From NCBI GenBank assembly GCA_963763095.1, contig CAVXNR010000027.1:4878-68877 (forward strand): a stretch of 64,000 bases of DNA, in the 5' to 3' direction. Under the pieces are notes generated by a model. It made no database searches and was not told the origin of the DNA. It worked only from the letters and a program-made list of their open reading frames with translations. Origin of the DNA: Vicinamibacteria bacterium (lineage in GTDB: Bacteria; Acidobacteriota; Vicinamibacteria; Vicinamibacterales; JAENWD01). The position numbers and the translations under genes were made by a program. How positions within the stretch are numbered: the stretch's first letter is position 1; every line of letters begins with the position of its first letter. Positions 63,304 to 64,000 of this stretch are shown piece after piece.

Positions 63304-63915
63304 TCAGTGATACCGCACGCCGGGCGTTCCGGTGGGATCACGCTGCTGCTTCGTCCTGACGCAGTCGAATGTGCAGGTCCTCAGGGCGATCGTGATGCGA
63401 TGAATCTTGAGCCGCAGCGCGTTCGCCGACATCCCAAGCTGGCCGGCGAGCGCCAATCGGCCATTGATGCGTGCGCGCTTGTCCTCCGCGTAGTACCTGG
63501 AGGAGCAGGTCCCGATGTTTCATCGGCAACCTGCCGAGGCAGCGCTCGAGGCACTCCTGCCGTTCCGCGCTCCCATCATCCTCGGCCGGGTCTTGCGGGT
63601 CGACGGGATCCCAATCCTCGGCAGCGCAACCGCGTGCCGCCGCCGGAAGGACTCGTGCGCGACGTTCCAGGCGACGCCCAGGATGAACTTCGTGGGATCG
63701 CTCCCATCGAAGTCGGCGGGATGCTCCGCAAGCCGATGGGCGACGCGGTCCATGGTTTCGTCCGCAAGATGTTCGACGTTCGAGCAGCCGCGGTATGTGA
63801 ACACCATCAGCAGGCGCTGCCGAAGTTGCTCGTATCGCACGCCTGCCCAGTCGCGATCCGGCCCGAGCTGACGCAGGAGGGCCTCGAACTCCTCGGCTCT
63901 GAGCATCGACGGCAT
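63304..63915 (-). CDS. ECF-type sigma factor with two compensating frameshifts (~63620, ~63500)
   Basis: YEQLRQRLLMVF..LADETMDRVA..FILGVAWNV / CLERCLGRLP..HRDLLL / YYAEDKRARI..LA.QLGMSANALRLKIHRI. Confidence 0.8.
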
Positions 63916-64000
63916 CGTCGCCTCACTATCACGAATAACGTCAGCCGCTATCGCCAGTCACCCTCCAGGACGAAGGGTGCCCAGTAGAAGGGGTCGGCCC

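Overview
GC-rich accessory-genome window, most likely from an Acidobacteriota (Vicinamibacteria/Luteitalea-like) bacterium. That inference rests on the ECF sigma + Ser/Thr kinase-TPR pair, a wHTH-PD40 regulator, a PEP-CTERM fragment and PQQ-propeller proteins. It carries ordinary metabolic and transport genes (GH31-like fragment, acyl-CoA synthetase, FGGY kinase, sugar-binding protein, aldo/keto reductase, RND pump, GMC oxidoreductase, CocE/NonD and alpha/beta hydrolases). It also has decayed toxin-antitoxin and IS remnants, a family of REP-like palindromes, and many single-base frameshifts that look like long-read indels. The main candidate for an undescribed system is a ~13 kb minus-strand operon (44051-57132). 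It holds four very large, tightly coupled proteins of unknown function (~1040 aa DUF6603-like beta-rich, ~1150 aa, 1542 aa, 591 aa), preceded by a 33-codon leader ORF and bounded by IS and gene remnants. The supplied ORF track mis-fuses and mis-splits these genes. Other notable items: a di-heme peroxidase with His at the Tyr/Met distal-ligand position, an M15 peptidase plus secreted partner, a 1047-aa orphan, and a Cache receptor without a recognisable output domain. No rRNA, complete tRNA or CRISPR array was seen. All family assignments are from motif recognition; no database searches were run.
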